NCBI RefSeq assembly: GCF_009914755.1
Contig: NC_060927.1
Direction: 5' to 3' (one strand)
DNA length: 64,000 bases
DNA from: the human T2T-CHM13v2.0 reference genome, Homo sapiens
Within the stretch, counting starts at the first letter, position 1. Each line of letters opens with the position of its first letter. Position numbers and translations under genes: made by a program. The notes under the pieces were generated by a model. The model was given only the letters and a program-made list of their open reading frames with translations. It had not been told where the DNA came from and did not search any database. Below are positions 29,120 through 42,194 of the stretch, in pieces.

Positions 29120-30220
29120 GTGGGGGCTGGAAGACACTCATTCAAGCTGGTTCACTCACATGGCTTTCAAGTTGGTCTGGTTATTGGCTGGATGCTCAGT
29201 TGAGCTCTGGACTGGGTGTCTTTGTTTTCTCCATATAAGCCTCTACATGGGTTGCCTGAGCTTCCTCACAACATGGTAGCTGAATTACAAGAGCAAATAC
29301 CTTAAAGGAACCAAGAAGAAGTACATGATATTTTTATGAGCTACCCTTAGCAGTCACATAGCGTACTCTATTTGAAACTGCCTTTGCAAACTTTGCAAAA
29401 ATTCTATCAGTGAAAAAAATTATGACAGTGAAAGAGATCTGAGTTAACGCACACTCCATCTTGCTGCTTCCTTAATTATTCCTGAGATATTGGGTCAACC
29501 TAACTTTGGAAGATATTTAGGCTATAGTTTAAATGATAATAGGCCTTGCCCAAAACTGAATTGCTTTTGTAAAGCTAATGGGAGGCTATTAGGCTAGGGG
29601 GAGGAGAGGATCCTTAGTCCTGCTAAAGTGCATACATAAATGATTGTCAGCAATTACTCTGGAGGTTATAAGATATGCAAATTCCCCAATTACTCCTTCA
29701 AATAATACCACTATTGTAGATTGGCCTTTTGAGATCTCTTTTTGAGTTTTCTGCATGTCTAACCCCCATGGCTCCACCTGGAACTGCCAACCCCACTCCT
29801 TTGGCCCCACCCAGAAGCAATTTAGCCCAGGGAGGCAGCTTCCACCCCTTATGATTTCATCTCCACCCCAACCAATCACCATCAAGCACCTGTTACCTGG
29901 CTACTCCCACCCCTTCCCCCAAACTGCCTTTGAAAAATCCCTAACCTGGGAGGTTTGGAGGAGATGATGTGAGGGCTAATTCTGTCTTCCATGTAGGCTG
30001 ATCGGCCTTGTGTCTGTTAAACACTTTGTCTGCTACAGTGCTGTGGTCTTTCTTCATGCAGCCAGCGGGAAGAGCCCCTCCAATGGTTACATATTGATGA
30101 AGACCATTACAAACATTCATCCACAGAGCCCGCCACTAGATGGAAAGAATATCAAGGCCACATTGTAAAATGGTGTGTGATATTGGTGTGGACATCTTCA
30201 GAAAATACAAGCTGCTACTA
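29120..30220 (-). mobile_element. MLT1G/H-like MaLR LTR, split by an LTR insertion
   Basis: ttcactcacatggct...gcttcctcacaacatggtagctg...cagtcacatagc resumes after 30091 and ends gacatcttcagaaaatacaa. Confidence 0.55.
29373..30091 (+). mobile_element. LTR8A/LTR51-like ERV1 solo LTR
   Basis: TGAAACTGCCTTTGCAAA...tatgacagtgaaagagatctg...ggttaCA, exact TSD TATT. Confidence 0.8.
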
Positions 30221-31137
30221 GAGAATATTAAACTTTGATTACAAATGTTTAAGTGTCTTTATTTTATTTGCTCCAAAGGGAAGTATCAGCCCACCTAATT
30301 TCTGTAACTTTTACTCCAGCATTTCATCAGTTGCTTGCTGTAGGGATGAACTCTTTTCATTTATTTGAAAACATATGGTTCTCCTTGTGATAACATTTTG
30401 CTAAATATTAATACTATTTTTGTGCCTTTGTTTTATTCCTTGTATATGTTCTTTTCCTTATCCCTCTTTGTTCTTCCCTCGTACTTTAAAAAGAAAAAAA
30501 AAAGATAAACTATCAAGTTTCTAAGTATGTGAAGAAAGGCAGTTCTTTAAGTGATATATTTTTTAAATTATTTTAACTGGAAATATTTCACCCTCTTTAC
30601 TCCTTTCTTATGCTTTTAAGGAATAGCATGATAATAGTTAACATCTACCTAACACTATGCTAGACCTCAAAAAGCACTAAAGAAGAATTCAGCTGTAAAG
30701 ACCCTTGATGGCTGCAAGTTTGCTGTATTCCAAATTCTCAGCACCCATCAAAAAGTCTGACTCACAGGAGTTACTGCATGAACATCTGCCTAGTCAATGA
30801 ATGAATTCATATGAAATGAATAAAGGCATGACTTCTGTTCACTATGAGATAATGAACAGTTTAGAGGGAGGTCAATAATTTATAATGTGACAAGGAAAGA
30901 AAGGTGTGTTATATATGGTAGACTGAGATGTCTCTAAAATCAAAGGGTATTGAGCAAGTGAGATGGAGATAAAGGAAAGAGAAATAATGAGAAATAATCA
31001 TCAATAACTTCATAACTCAGATGGCAGGGGTAGGGGCTGTGGCAATTGTTGAGGGGAAGAGTGGGTGGAGTATAGCTAGCAGAGTGCTGAATCACAAGTT
31101 AAAGGGCAGTGCAATTATTCACAACCTGAAAGAGGAT

Positions 31138-31275
31138 GCAGTAGTGACTGGGAGTGCAGGCTTCAGAGTCACAGACACAGATTCAAGTTCCAGCACTACT
31201 AGTTATGTAATGTTGAATTAATCTCTCTGGGCCTCAGTTTTCCTGCCTAAATGGGATAAAAACCTTTCCTATGGG
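31138..31275 (+). mobile_element. MIR fragment
   Basis: ttcaagttccagcactactagttatgt...ctctctgggcctcagttttcct core. Confidence 0.6.
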
Positions 31276-31919
31276 AAGCAAAGTAGGCATGGACACACAC
31301 ATGCCATTAATACCTTTCCCTTGTATCAGAGCACAAATCCCTCATCTCTCATTGTACCAAAGTATGCTGGTATAGACAGGCTGGCACCAGATTTGACACT
31401 TTTTAGTGAGTATTCCACTGCAGTGACTCTGCCTCTACAATGCACCACAAAGTAACAAGGAAAGGAAACAGGGAAGATTTAGGTCAATGTGTAGCATGCA
31501 GCCTCTGGGTCAGGGGTGATGTCCTTCCTAGAAAGGAGGGATTCACAGAGTGCAAAAAAGTACAAAAGAATAATTCAGCTGTAAAGCCCTTTGATGGCTT
31601 GGAGTTTCTTGTATTCAAAATTCCCAGCACCCATCAGAAAGTCTGACTCACAGGAGTTACTCAATAAATGTCTGTGATACGAGCTCCTTGATAAGCTGCT
31701 GAAAGGAGGTAGAAAACAAAAATCCAAAGTTCCCCAAAGTCACCTCTACTCAACCTACTTTGTAAGACTGCTGTAATAATTATTGTAAAATGCCTAGCAA
31801 GGCAGTAAATGTTAACTATTATTGTATTATCGTTGGGTTTCTCCAAGTCTCTAAGTTGATGACATTCGTAGAAGAAATATGCTATATAAGCAAGTGATAT
31901 AGAATATTGCTATTGTTGG

Positions 31920-32278
31920 GGTGGTATTAGCTACTAATTGCTAAAAAAACAACAGCCATTTATCCTCATGGATCCGTGGATTGTCTGGAGATCAGCTGAA
32001 GGTGGGCAGACCTAAGCTGGGCTTGGCTGGATTTGGCTCAGCTCTGTACTATATGTTTCTAATCCTCTTTGTAGGAGCAAGAGGCAACAAGAAACAAGCA
32101 GAAACACACAAAAATCCTTGAGTCCTAGGTTCAAAACTTGCACACTGACGCTTCCACTAATTATCCTACTAGTTCAAGCCAAAGCCCAGAGGAGGAAAAA
32201 TGTGCCTCACTTCTTTAAGGGGAAGCACTGTAAAGCCACAAAGGGAAAATAAGTGAGGCCATTAATGCAATCTACAAA
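31920..32278 (-). mobile_element. MLT1H-like MaLR LTR
   Basis: gctgggcttggctg...aaacacacaa..ccttgagtcctaggttcaaaacttgcacactgacgcttcc...gccattaatgcaatctac. Confidence 0.5.
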
Positions 32279-32378
32279 AATGATAGACTTGCACAATTGT
32301 TTGTCAGCAACAGAGGAGACTGTGTTATACAGCTTTTAAAAAGATGAGACGGCACGGCCCCCAAATGCTTTCCAAGCC

Positions 32379-32847
32379 TGAACTGGGTTGACTAGTGTTC
32401 CCACCAGATTTCATGTCTACTTGAAACCTGTCAATGTGCTCTTATTTGGAAATAGGTTCTTGCAGATGTAATCAAGTTATGAAGTCATACTGGATTAGGA
32501 TGGCCCCTAATCCAATAACTGGTGTCCTTATAAAGAGGAAAATTAAAACCCAGAGATAGAGAAGATAAAACTATGTGAAGACACAGAAGACACAGAGAAG
32601 TGTTTCATGAGAAGACAGAAGCAGAGATTGGAGTGATATGTCTACAAGCCAAGGAACACCAAGAGTTTTTATCACCTATCAGTAGCTAGGAGAAAAACCT
32701 GGAGCAGATTCTCCCTTATAATCTCCAGAAAGAACCAACCCTGCCAACATCTATATTTCATTTTGAACTTCTGGCTTCCAGAACCGTAAGGGAATAAGTT
32801 TCTGTTGTTTAAAACCACCCAGTTTTTGGTACTTTGTTGCCACAGTC
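32379..32847 (+). mobile_element. MLT1C-like MaLR LTR
   Basis: cttatttggaaatagg..ttgcagatgtaatcaagtta...gcagagattggagtgat...caagccaaggaacacc...tttctgttgtttaaaaccacccagtttttggtactttgtt. Confidence 0.8.
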
Positions 32848-34196
32848 TTTCTGATCCTTATGTACACTTCCAGAACTTTTTCATGGTACCAAAAAGAGGT
32901 AGTGTCCACATTCCCTTCTCTCAAAATTGGGTAGGAATTTGTCACTGCCTCAGTCGATAGGGATCTAACACACTGGTTATAGCAGGCCAAGTGGTAAAAA
33001 ACTTGTTAGTCTTAACACCTCCCTACCTCTATGTTAGTCTAGGCTACAACTTTCTGCAGAGGGTTTTGGAACTCCAATAATGATCTCAGCATGTTTTATA
33101 AGTAGATTAACCTTCAGCCCTGTTTTTATTTGATGTAATATATTTAGGTGGAGAGAACACGGGAGTCAAATTTAGAAATCTTAGTCATCTTACTTTTTAT
33201 TCTCCACATCTAATCATTCACCAAGATTGATCATTTTTTTCAATGAATTACACTTAAATTGGCCACCACTATTACTGCCTTACTCTAGGTCCTCATTTCT
33301 AATAAATGATGCTCACTGGTTCAATGCTGCCACTGGTGACTTTTAAACAATTCAGATCTGGTCATACAACCATAACTGCTTAAAAAGGAGGATTTGAGAA
33401 TTCCAACTAAACTCTTGAGCATGTCAAATGAAATCCTTCATGGTTGGACCCATGTGGACATTATCATTGCACCAGTTGCCAGCCCTTGCATACATTCTCC
33501 TCCGTCTGTCTGCCTTCGTACATGCTATACTCACTGACATTCTCCCACCTATCCCTGGCTAACTACTATCATCCTAGGACTCAATTTATGCAACACTTCC
33601 TGGGGGAATCACTTCCTTAATTCTACTAGATTTGATTCAGCATTCTTCAGATCTGTCTTTGTTTTAGCATTCTCCCCCACATTGTATTGAAGTTATTTTT
33701 TACTTTTTAATTGTACTCATCAGCTGCACTCATTGAAGGCCCATTGTGTCTTCTACGTTTTGATCTCTACCATTACTATGAAGCAGTCATACTGACATGG
33801 ACAGCAGCTGTTGAATTAATTATTTCTTCATCCATAAAATAATCTCCCTTGTCCATGGGATAATATATTTAAAGATGCTCACATTTCCAGTTTTAATTGT
33901 GTCTTGTATTCATGTTTTTTTGTTGTTGTTGTTATTGTTATTGATTTTGACAGATTTATTTATCAAAAATTAGTAAAACACTTTTTCTCATTGCTTGAAC
34001 TTTTTCTAAAGTGTAAGATTGAATTGGATAAATAATCTCTTTCTGTAGAAATACTATAAAATATAATTCTGACTTTGAAAGTTTTGCTAAAGAAAGTGTC
34101 TATTATTAGGATAGCATAAATATTACATTTTCACTTTATAGTTATGTATTTTTAAATCATGGTTTTTAAGTTTAGACCTCTTATTTCTCTGCTGGA

Positions 34197-34557
34197 TGTA
34201 TTAGCCCATTTTCATGCTGCTGATAAAGATATACTCGAGATCGGGAAGGAAAACAGGTTTAATGGACTTACAGTTCTACATGGCTGGGGAGGCCTCACAA
34301 TCATGGTGGAAGGCAAGGAGGAGCAAGTCACATCTTATGCGGATGGCAGCAGGCAAAGAGAGAGCTTGAGTAGGGAAACTCCCGTTTTTAAAACCATCAG
34401 ATCTCATGAGACTCATTCGCTATCATGAGAATAGCGCAGGAAAGACCTGCCCCCATAATTCAATTGCCTCTCACTGGGTTCCTCCAAAGACGTGTGGGAA
34501 TTGTTGGAGTTACAATTCAAGATGAGATTTGGGTGGGGACACAGCCAAACTATATCA
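34197..34557 (-). mobile_element. THE1 (A/B) solo LTR
   Basis: TGTATTAG.ccattttcatgctgctgataaaga...gagatttgggtggggacacagccaaactataTCA, exact 5-bp TSD CTGGA. Confidence 0.93.
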
Positions 34558-34769
34558 CTGGATTATGAGATATTTCGCATTAAAAAAAAGTTCTAAACAT
34601 CTTTGGATGCTCTCTCTCTCTCTCTTTTCCTTATGCCACCACGCTATATTTTGTTAAAATATTTTTTTGTGCAACATTTATTCAAATTTTTAAAAAATGG
34701 ATATCTTCTCTTTAAAAAATGTTTCTGTAACACTTCTAATCCTATCTGTCCTTCCAGAACTTTTTTACT

Positions 34770-35205
34770 CTACTTTTTCACTTCCCTTGAAATTGGATGG
34801 GGGCTTTGTTACTGCCCCAGTGAATAGAATGAGGCAGAAGTGATGATGTATAATTCTGAGGCTAGGCTATAAAGTGTGATCCAGTTTCCATTTGTCTCTT
34901 TCTCTTGGGATGGGACTTAACAGCCATCATACTGTGAGGAAGGCCAGGCTGCATGGGGCTGCCAATTCAGAGAACTGAAACTTCATCCCTCAGCTCTGCT
35001 GAGTTTCCAGCTCACAGCCAGCAACAATTTGTCATTTATATTAGAAATAAATTCCCCAGCTTCTAGTTAAGAGATCCCAGCTAATGCCACATAAAATAGA
35101 AATGAGCCTTCTCCACCCAAACCTACCCAAGTTACAGTTTTGTGAGCAAAATACATTATTGTTATTGTCTCTAGTTATTCAGTTTTAGGGTGGTTTGTAA
35201 CAAAC
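34770..35205 (+). mobile_element. MLT1H-like MaLR LTR
   Basis: aatagaatgaggcagaagtgatg...ctgtgaggaaggcca...ttttgtgagcaaaata...agttttagggtggtttgt. Confidence 0.6.
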
Positions 35206-35625
35206 AAAAGTTGTTACAAATCTACCTAATAAGCAGTCTTTAGGACCAGTTTGGTCAATATGAGACAAACATCAAATAACAATAGTATCTGAAAGCTTGA
35301 GGAAGATCTGTGTCCAGATAATATCTTCAAAGGCTCATGCTAGGCAAACATTAAAAAAAAATGAGTTTTTTTTCACATAAATGTGCAGATAATTTTTTTT
35401 ATATAGACTTGAAGAGTCTAGACTTTCTAAACGCAAAATTGAGAAGACATATAAACTAATTTATCTTCGGCTATATCCATATCTGCACACAGCCCAGGAG
35501 ATGAACTTCCAATTCAAAAACTCTCACTAGTCTCAGAGTTAGCTGGGTTATTATAATGAGAATTATTTGACCATCTGAGAATACCTTACTGATACTAGAC
35601 ACTGACTTTTGTTGGATCCTTTAAT

Positions 35626-35849
35626 CAGGGGTCAGCAAATTATGGCTTGCAGGCCAAATTTGGTCCACTGCCTATTTTAGTAAATACAGATGATGTATTG
35701 AAACACAGCCACACCTATTAATTTTACTTATTGTCTTTAAGTACTTTCACACTGAAACGACAATGTTGCATCATCATGTCTGAGATTGTATGGCCTACAA
35801 AATTAAAAATATTCACTATCTGACCCTTTACAAAGTTTGCAGACTCCTG
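35626..35849 (+). mobile_element. MER58A (hAT-Charlie MITE)
   Basis: CAGGGGTCAGCAAATTATGGC...ctatctgaccctttacaaagtttgcagactCCTG terminal inverted repeats. Confidence 0.8.
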
Positions 35850-36094
35850 TCTTAGATGAATAATTTTGGGGCTTTATAGGAAGCCTGTCAGCTACATTTG
35901 CCTAGGGAGAACTCGTTTCCATCATATCCAAAATTTCTGCCTCAGAGAAGCACACACAGTTCTGGAGAACCTGTCCGTGAGTAGTTTCTTGTTGAAGGAT
36001 GAAGATGAAGGTCAGAGGAAACCAGGGAAGGCTGCACACACAAGCCTGGGTGTCAGGGAGATCTGATTTAGTGGGCAAATTAGGAAATAATTCA

Positions 36095-36689
36095 TGTTGG
36101 GGTGATCAGACCCAACACCAAGCCGTGGGAGTGACGAAGTCCAGTGGAGTCAAAAGAATGAGAAAAAGACAGTTTGAGAGAGAAAAGTGGGTCCAGGGGG
36201 CCATCATGAGTGTATGGAGGCTGTGAAGGCCCCGAGCTCTGGGAGCCCACACTATTTATTGGTAATCCAACAAAGAAACAGGTGGTGAGAAAGTGGGGGT
36301 CCAAAGGGAGCGTTGTATTAAGCACACGATTTACTGCTGTGATGGTTTAGTATTTGCTCTGCTACTTGAGATAATGGGCAGCAGGTTATTTTAACTCAAG
36401 ATACAATCGATCCTGGGAGAGCAAGGAGCAAGGAGCCAGCAAGTCTAGGCACATTCCAGAGGCCACAAGCCCTGGATTCTATCCAAGCCATGAGGGGTTT
36501 TATGCCCTGGGCTTTGATTATGGTGCATCAGGGTAGCCTTCCACCCTTTAGCACAGAGCTTGGTGTTCCAAAGGCCACAAGGGGTTTTAGACCCTGGATC
36601 CCAGACATGTTCCGAGACTCTTTTACATTATGTCAGACATGCAAGCCCTGCCTCATCTTCTCTCCCAACACTCAGCTTTTCTCCCAACA
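36095..36689 (-). mobile_element. LTR14B-like (HERV-K HML-1) solo LTR
   Basis: Minus start TGTTGGGAGAAAAGCTGAGTGTTGGGAGAGAAG, end GGTGTTGGGTCTGATCACCCCAACA. Exact 6-bp TSD AATTCA, typical of betaretrovirus-like ERVs. Confidence 0.88.
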
Positions 36690-37152
36690 AATTCACATAT
36701 CTCAGGATGTTAATTAGAAATCTGTTGGTTGCAAGAGGTTTAAGCACCTAGAAGTATCCCTGGTTTCGAGGCTCAAATAATCTCACAAACACACTGTTTC
36801 TCTCCTGTAACTCCTTTTTGCTGAGATGAATTTTTTCTCAGAATTCCCCCCGTGAGCAATTCTAAACTCACATTGTCCTGACATTGCCAATCCCATGAGA
36901 AAAGATAATCTCCTCAATATTTTCACTAATCATCCTGGGACTGTATCCATTAGTCCAGCTTGAGTCACATGCTTATCACTGAGCAATCATTCTGGCCAGG
37001 ACAATAAAGTCCTTTGATTGGCTGATCTTAGCCATGTGTAGCCTTCAAACTTAATCAAAGTAGTGAACAATGAAGAAGAGGCCCTTCACTAAAATGCTGG
37101 ACAAATATTTTCTTTTTTTATATCTTCTGCACATCTGCCCGTGGTACCAACT

Positions 37153-37346
37153 TAGGGTTGCCAAATGAATACAGGATGCCTAGTTAAAATTGAGCTTCAG
37201 AAAAACAATAAATAAAAACACATTTTTAAAATAAATGAATCCCAAATACTACATTGGACACAATTATACTAAAATATTGATCATTTATCAGAAATTTAAA
37301 TTTAACTGATTATCTTATATTTTTATTTGCTAAATCTGGCAATCCA
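37153..37346. mobile_element. MER53 palindromic hAT MITE
   Basis: tagggttgcca...tacaggatgcctagttaaaattga / aaatttaaatttaactg...atttttatttgctaaatctggcaatcc inverted arms. Confidence 0.75.
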
Positions 37347-37678
37347 AAACCAGGTGAAAGTTTTTTTCTTTGATCCTTTCCTAATTTGGCACTGTTCTAC
37401 ATAAAACTCACAAGATTATTTTGAGGATCAATACAGGTAATAGTGGCAAAAGCATCTGATAAATTACAAAGTGCTATAGAAAGGCAAGAAATTATTTTGG
37501 TGGGGTGGAGGGGCTGGATTCCTAAAGTTTTATTTCAATCTTGGTCCTATCTTGAGACAGTTCTGTCCAGTACCATGATCACACAATTCTAAACTGGAAG
37601 GCACTTACTCTCCCTAATAATTAAGGGAATAAATACAATTGAGCTTGCTTATATATGATTAAAACTAAACATAACTGA

Positions 37679-37990
37679 GGCCAGGTGCAGCAGCTCACAC
37701 CTGTCATCCCAGCACTTTGGGAGGACAAGGCAAGCACTTAAGGCCAGGAGTTCGAGACCAGACTGGCCCACATGGTGAAATCCAGTCTCTACTATAAATA
37801 CAAAAAAATTAGACGAGCATGGTAGCACATGCCTGTAATCCCAGCTACTTGGAAGAAGGAGGCAGGAAAATCATTTGTACCCCTGGGGTAGAGGTTGCAG
37901 TGAACCGAGATCATGCCACTGCCCTTTAGCCTGGGCAATGCAGTGAAACTCTGTCTCAAAACAAAAAACAAACAACAATAAAAACAAGAA
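37679..37990 (+). mobile_element. Alu (old S/J boundary, Sz-like)
   Basis: Full dimeric Alu with A-rich tail, degenerate TSD ...cataactga. Confidence 0.92.
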
Positions 37991-38133
37991 GACCTTAAAA
38001 TAATCATAACTGAAATTATTTTTCCTTAGAGCCATAAAAACAATAAATATTTCTCAAAAAAATACATTTTTTTTTCGGGATCCCAGGGAGAGCCAAGTTC
38101 ATTGTTGATTGTCTACAGCGGATAGTGAATCTT

Positions 38134-39982
38134 TCTTTTTTTAATTTTTAATTTTAAATTTTGTGGTTACATAGTAGGTGTATAAATTTATGGGGTACAT
38201 GAGATATTTTGATACAGGCATGCAATGTATAATAATTATATCATGAAAAATGAGGTATCCATTCCCTCAAGCATTTATCCTTTGTGTTACAAACAATTCA
38301 ATTATATTGTTTCCGTTATTTCAAAATGTGCAATTAAATTATTATTGACTATAGTCACTCTGTTGTGCTATAAAATAGTAGGTCTTGTTCATTCGTTCTA
38401 TTTTTTTTCTGCCCATTCACTATCCCCATTTCCTGTCAACTGCCACTACCCTTCCCAGCCTTTGGTAACCACCCTTTTACTATCTCCATGTGTTCAATTG
38501 TTTTGATTTTTAGATCCCGCAAATAAGTGAGAACATGAGATGTTTGTCTTTCTGTGCCTGGTTTATTTCACTAAACATAATGACCTCCAGTTCCATCCAT
38601 GTTGTTGCAAATGACAGAATCTTTCTTTTTTATGGCTGAATAGTACTCCATCGTGTAGAAGTATCACATTTCCTTTATCCATTCATCTATTGATGGACAC
38701 TTATGTTGCTTCCAAATTTTGGCTATTGTGAACAGTGCTGTAACAAACACAGGAGTGCAGATATCTCTTCCATATACTGATTTCCTTTCTTTGGGGTATG
38801 TACTCAGCAGTAGCATTGCTGGATCATATGGTAGCTCTATTTTTAGTTTTTTGAGGAACCTCCAAACTGTTCTCCATAGTGATTGTACTAATTTACATTC
38901 CCACCAGCAGTGTACGAGGGTTCCATTTTCTCCACATTCTCTCTAGCATTTGATATTGCCTGTTTTTTAGATATAAGCCATTTTAACTGGGTGTGATGAT
39001 ATCTAATTGCATTTTTGATTGCATTTCTCTGATGATCAATGATGTCGATAGGGTTTGGCTCTGTCCCCACCCAAATCTCATCTTGAACTGTAACTCCCAC
39101 AATTTCAATGTGTCATGGGAGGGATCCAGTGGAAGGTAATTGAATCATGGGGACAGGTCTTTCTTGTGCTATTCTTGTGATGGTGAATAAGTCTCACGAG
39201 TTCTGATGGTTTTAAAAAGAGGAGTTACCCTGCACAAGCTCTCATTTTTTGCCTGCCACTAGCCATGTAAAATGTGACTTGCTCCTCCTCGCCTTCCATC
39301 ATGATTGTGAAGCTTCCATAGCCACACAGAACTGTAAGTCCAATTAAACCTCCTTCTTTTGTAAATTGCTCAGTCTTGGGTATGTCTTTATCAGCACTGT
39401 GAAAATGAACTAATACACATGTTGAGCATCTTTTCACATGCCTGTTTGCTATTTGTATGTTTTCCTTCAGGAAATGCCTATTCACATCTCTTGACCATTT
39501 TACAATCAGATTATTGGATTGCTTTTCTTATAGAGTTGTTTGAGCTTATTATAAATCGTGGTTATTAATCCCTTGTCAGATGGGTAGTACACAAGTATTT
39601 TCTCCCATTCTGTGGATCTCTCTTCACTTTTAATTATTTCCTTTGTGGTGCAGAAGCTTTATAACTTGATGTGATCTCATTTGTTCATTTTGCCTTGGTT
39701 GCCTGTGTTTGTGGGGTATTACTCAAGAAATTTTTGCCCAGATCAATGTCCTGGAGAGTTTCCCCAATGTTTTCTTGTAGTTGTTTCATAGATTGAGGTC
39801 TTAGATTTAAGTTTTTAACTCATTCTAATTTGATTTTTATATATGGTAAGAGACAGAGGTTTAGTTTTATTCTTCTGCATATGGATATTCTTTTTTCCCA
39901 GAACCACTTATTGAAGAGACTGTCTTTACCCCAGTGTATGTTCTTGGCACATTTATTGAAAATAAGTTCACTGTAGGTGTGT
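38134..39982 (-). mobile_element. 5'-truncated L1MA1/2-like element
   Basis: tacatagtaggtgtat..atttatggggtacatgagatattttgatacaggcatgc 3'UTR. TSD gc(g/t)gatagtgaatctt at 38118-33 and 39983-98. Confidence 0.9.
39046..39417 (+). mobile_element. THE1 (A/B) solo LTR nested in L1MA
   Basis: gatagggtttggctctgtccccacccaaatctcatcttgaa...tatgtctttatcagcactgtgaaaatgaactaataCA, TSD gatgt/catgt. Confidence 0.92.
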
Positions 39983-41133
39983 GCTGATAGTGAATCTTAA
40001 ACTATCTCATAATATTTCCAAGAGATATGACTGATAATTCTGGTTTGGAGTTTTAAAAGTCAACGTATGTCCCTACTGCCAAGTTTTAATTACTTCCTGT
40101 AGGGGATCCCTCTCCGGTTCCTGAAATTATTCAGAAGAGAGACATCTGCTGAATGGAAATGCGACTTCCAGCGACAAAGATTTTTTTTTCTCTCTTTTAA
40201 TTTTTTTTCCTCCAACCAATGAAGAATAAGATCTATTTTTTCCTAGGGGGAAAAATGGCAAATGTTTTGCCACTTACCTATCTTCACTTCCCAAAGGACT
40301 TCTTCTTGTTATTCTCTTATTAAAATGGAGGTTGTTATCTGCATACAATGGCTAAGGTTAATTAAATAAAACCTCAGGGCCAGATTTTACTGGGAAGCTG
40401 AGAAAATAGTATCTTTTACAACCTGGTTCCATTAAAGAAAAGTGATAGATTATTGCAAAAGAATAGCAAATTAAACTGGAAAAACACTACTTGCACTCAA
40501 CGTTGTATACAGACATGCACAGGCAATTAGGAAACAAGAAACACTACATAATGTACTAATTATTTCAAAAATATAATCACTTCAGGAAAGGTGGGCATGG
40601 GACAGGGTTGTAAAACTAGAATTCACAGAGCATCCAGGGGAGGGAACTATAAGTACTGGAAATGGCTTTGACTTCTTTGCGTTGAGTGACTGTGGGCAAA
40701 TCATTTAAAAACCTATGCCTCAGGCCCATTATTAAATGGAGATAGTATAATGGCTATTTACAAGGTTATTGCAAGAATAAGAGATAGGCAGCTTTTGGTG
40801 CTCCTTGAAAACTGCCTAGCATGTAGTAGATCTGAGCTCTGGTTAGTTTATAGCTCTCCATTTGTTTACTTTGGATTTCCTCTCTGTCAGAGACTTTCTT
40901 CAAATGGCTAATTGTCATTAATACCTAAGTTCCAGGCACTAAAAAGCACTGTGTGCAGAGATGGGCTTCAAGACAAGGTGATTGCTCATGGATCAGCTCT
41001 TGGCTGAAAGACATTCAAAGGTCAGTGTCTGAAGATCTTTGCTCAGGGGGCTTTCTGTTTTTCTGGAGAAAATACATCCAGCTCTTGCCTTGGTGGAGAT
41101 GGGATGTAGTGTGTACTTATCAGCTAGTAATAT

Positions 41134-41939
41134 TGATACAGACAGGAGGCAGGGAAATACTGGGTAGAAGAGGGCGGGGTCCCTGGCGAGGGCTCCACCA
41201 TCAAACCTGGACCTGTGTCCCTAACTTGAGAACTTCACATCCCTGTTTTTCCGACTGAATGTTGCCTTTTCAGAAACCAGCCTGGCCTGCCCCACCCTGT
41301 AACCATAAAAACCCAAGCTCCACTGGCAGAGGAGCAGAGTGGCATGGCGGAGAAGGACAGAAGAGAGAAATGACTGCATGTCAAGAGGAGAAGCAGCTGG
41401 ACATCAAAGACTATGGTCAGAGAGGAGTTCGGCCAGGGACGGTTGGAGAGGAGTTTGGCTGGGGGAGGGCCAAACTCCAGGAGAAGACTGCCTTCTCAAT
41501 CCATCCCCTTTGCAGTTCCCCATCCCACTGAGAGCCACTTCCACTGCTCAGTAAAATCTCCATATTCAACATCCTTCAAGTCTGTATAACATCATTCCTC
41601 TTGGGCACCGGACAAGGACCCAGGTGCAGGTGCAAGAGGCTATCACACTGACTCTCCACTGAGCAGTTTAAGAGTTAAGCCATCTGCAAATGGCAAAGCT
41701 AAAAGAGCATGCTGTAACACACACCTTCTGAGGCTCCAGAAGTTGTGGGCAACCCCTAGACACTGCCGTGGGCTGGTATGGGGTTCATTCCTGCTGGAGT
41801 CCAAAGCCACTCACCCCGGCTCCTGCATCCACTCACTTGCATGCTCCGCTCCTGCAAGGGGTTTGAGTGCTGCTGGCTGAGTAAGCGAGCTACCCCTTCA
41901 TAATTCCCACTAAGGGGTCAAGGGAACTATCCTGTCTCA
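41134..41939 (+). mobile_element. LTR1-family ERV1 solo LTR
   Basis: TGATACAGACAGGAGGCAGGGAAATACTGGGTAGAAGAGGGCGGGGTCCC...aaggggtcaagggaactatcctgtctCA, exact TSD ATAT. Confidence 0.85.
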
Positions 41940-42194
41940 ATATGGGCTCAGGCCTCTTAATATTCATGTTTTTCATCCTATGTTTCACATCCATCCTCTG
42001 CTCTTCCGTGTTCCCAAATCCATAGCATCTCTAGCCTAACTTCTCTGGAGGATAAACTTGAAGTCTCCTTTGTGGGAGGAGAAGGGTAATAACCTGACTA
42101 ACTGGGGTCAAGAAGGTGTATAAATGATTAATATAAAGTCTTAATCAATGATTTGGTCCATTTTGGATTTATGCATCCAACCAGCTTGCTTCCA

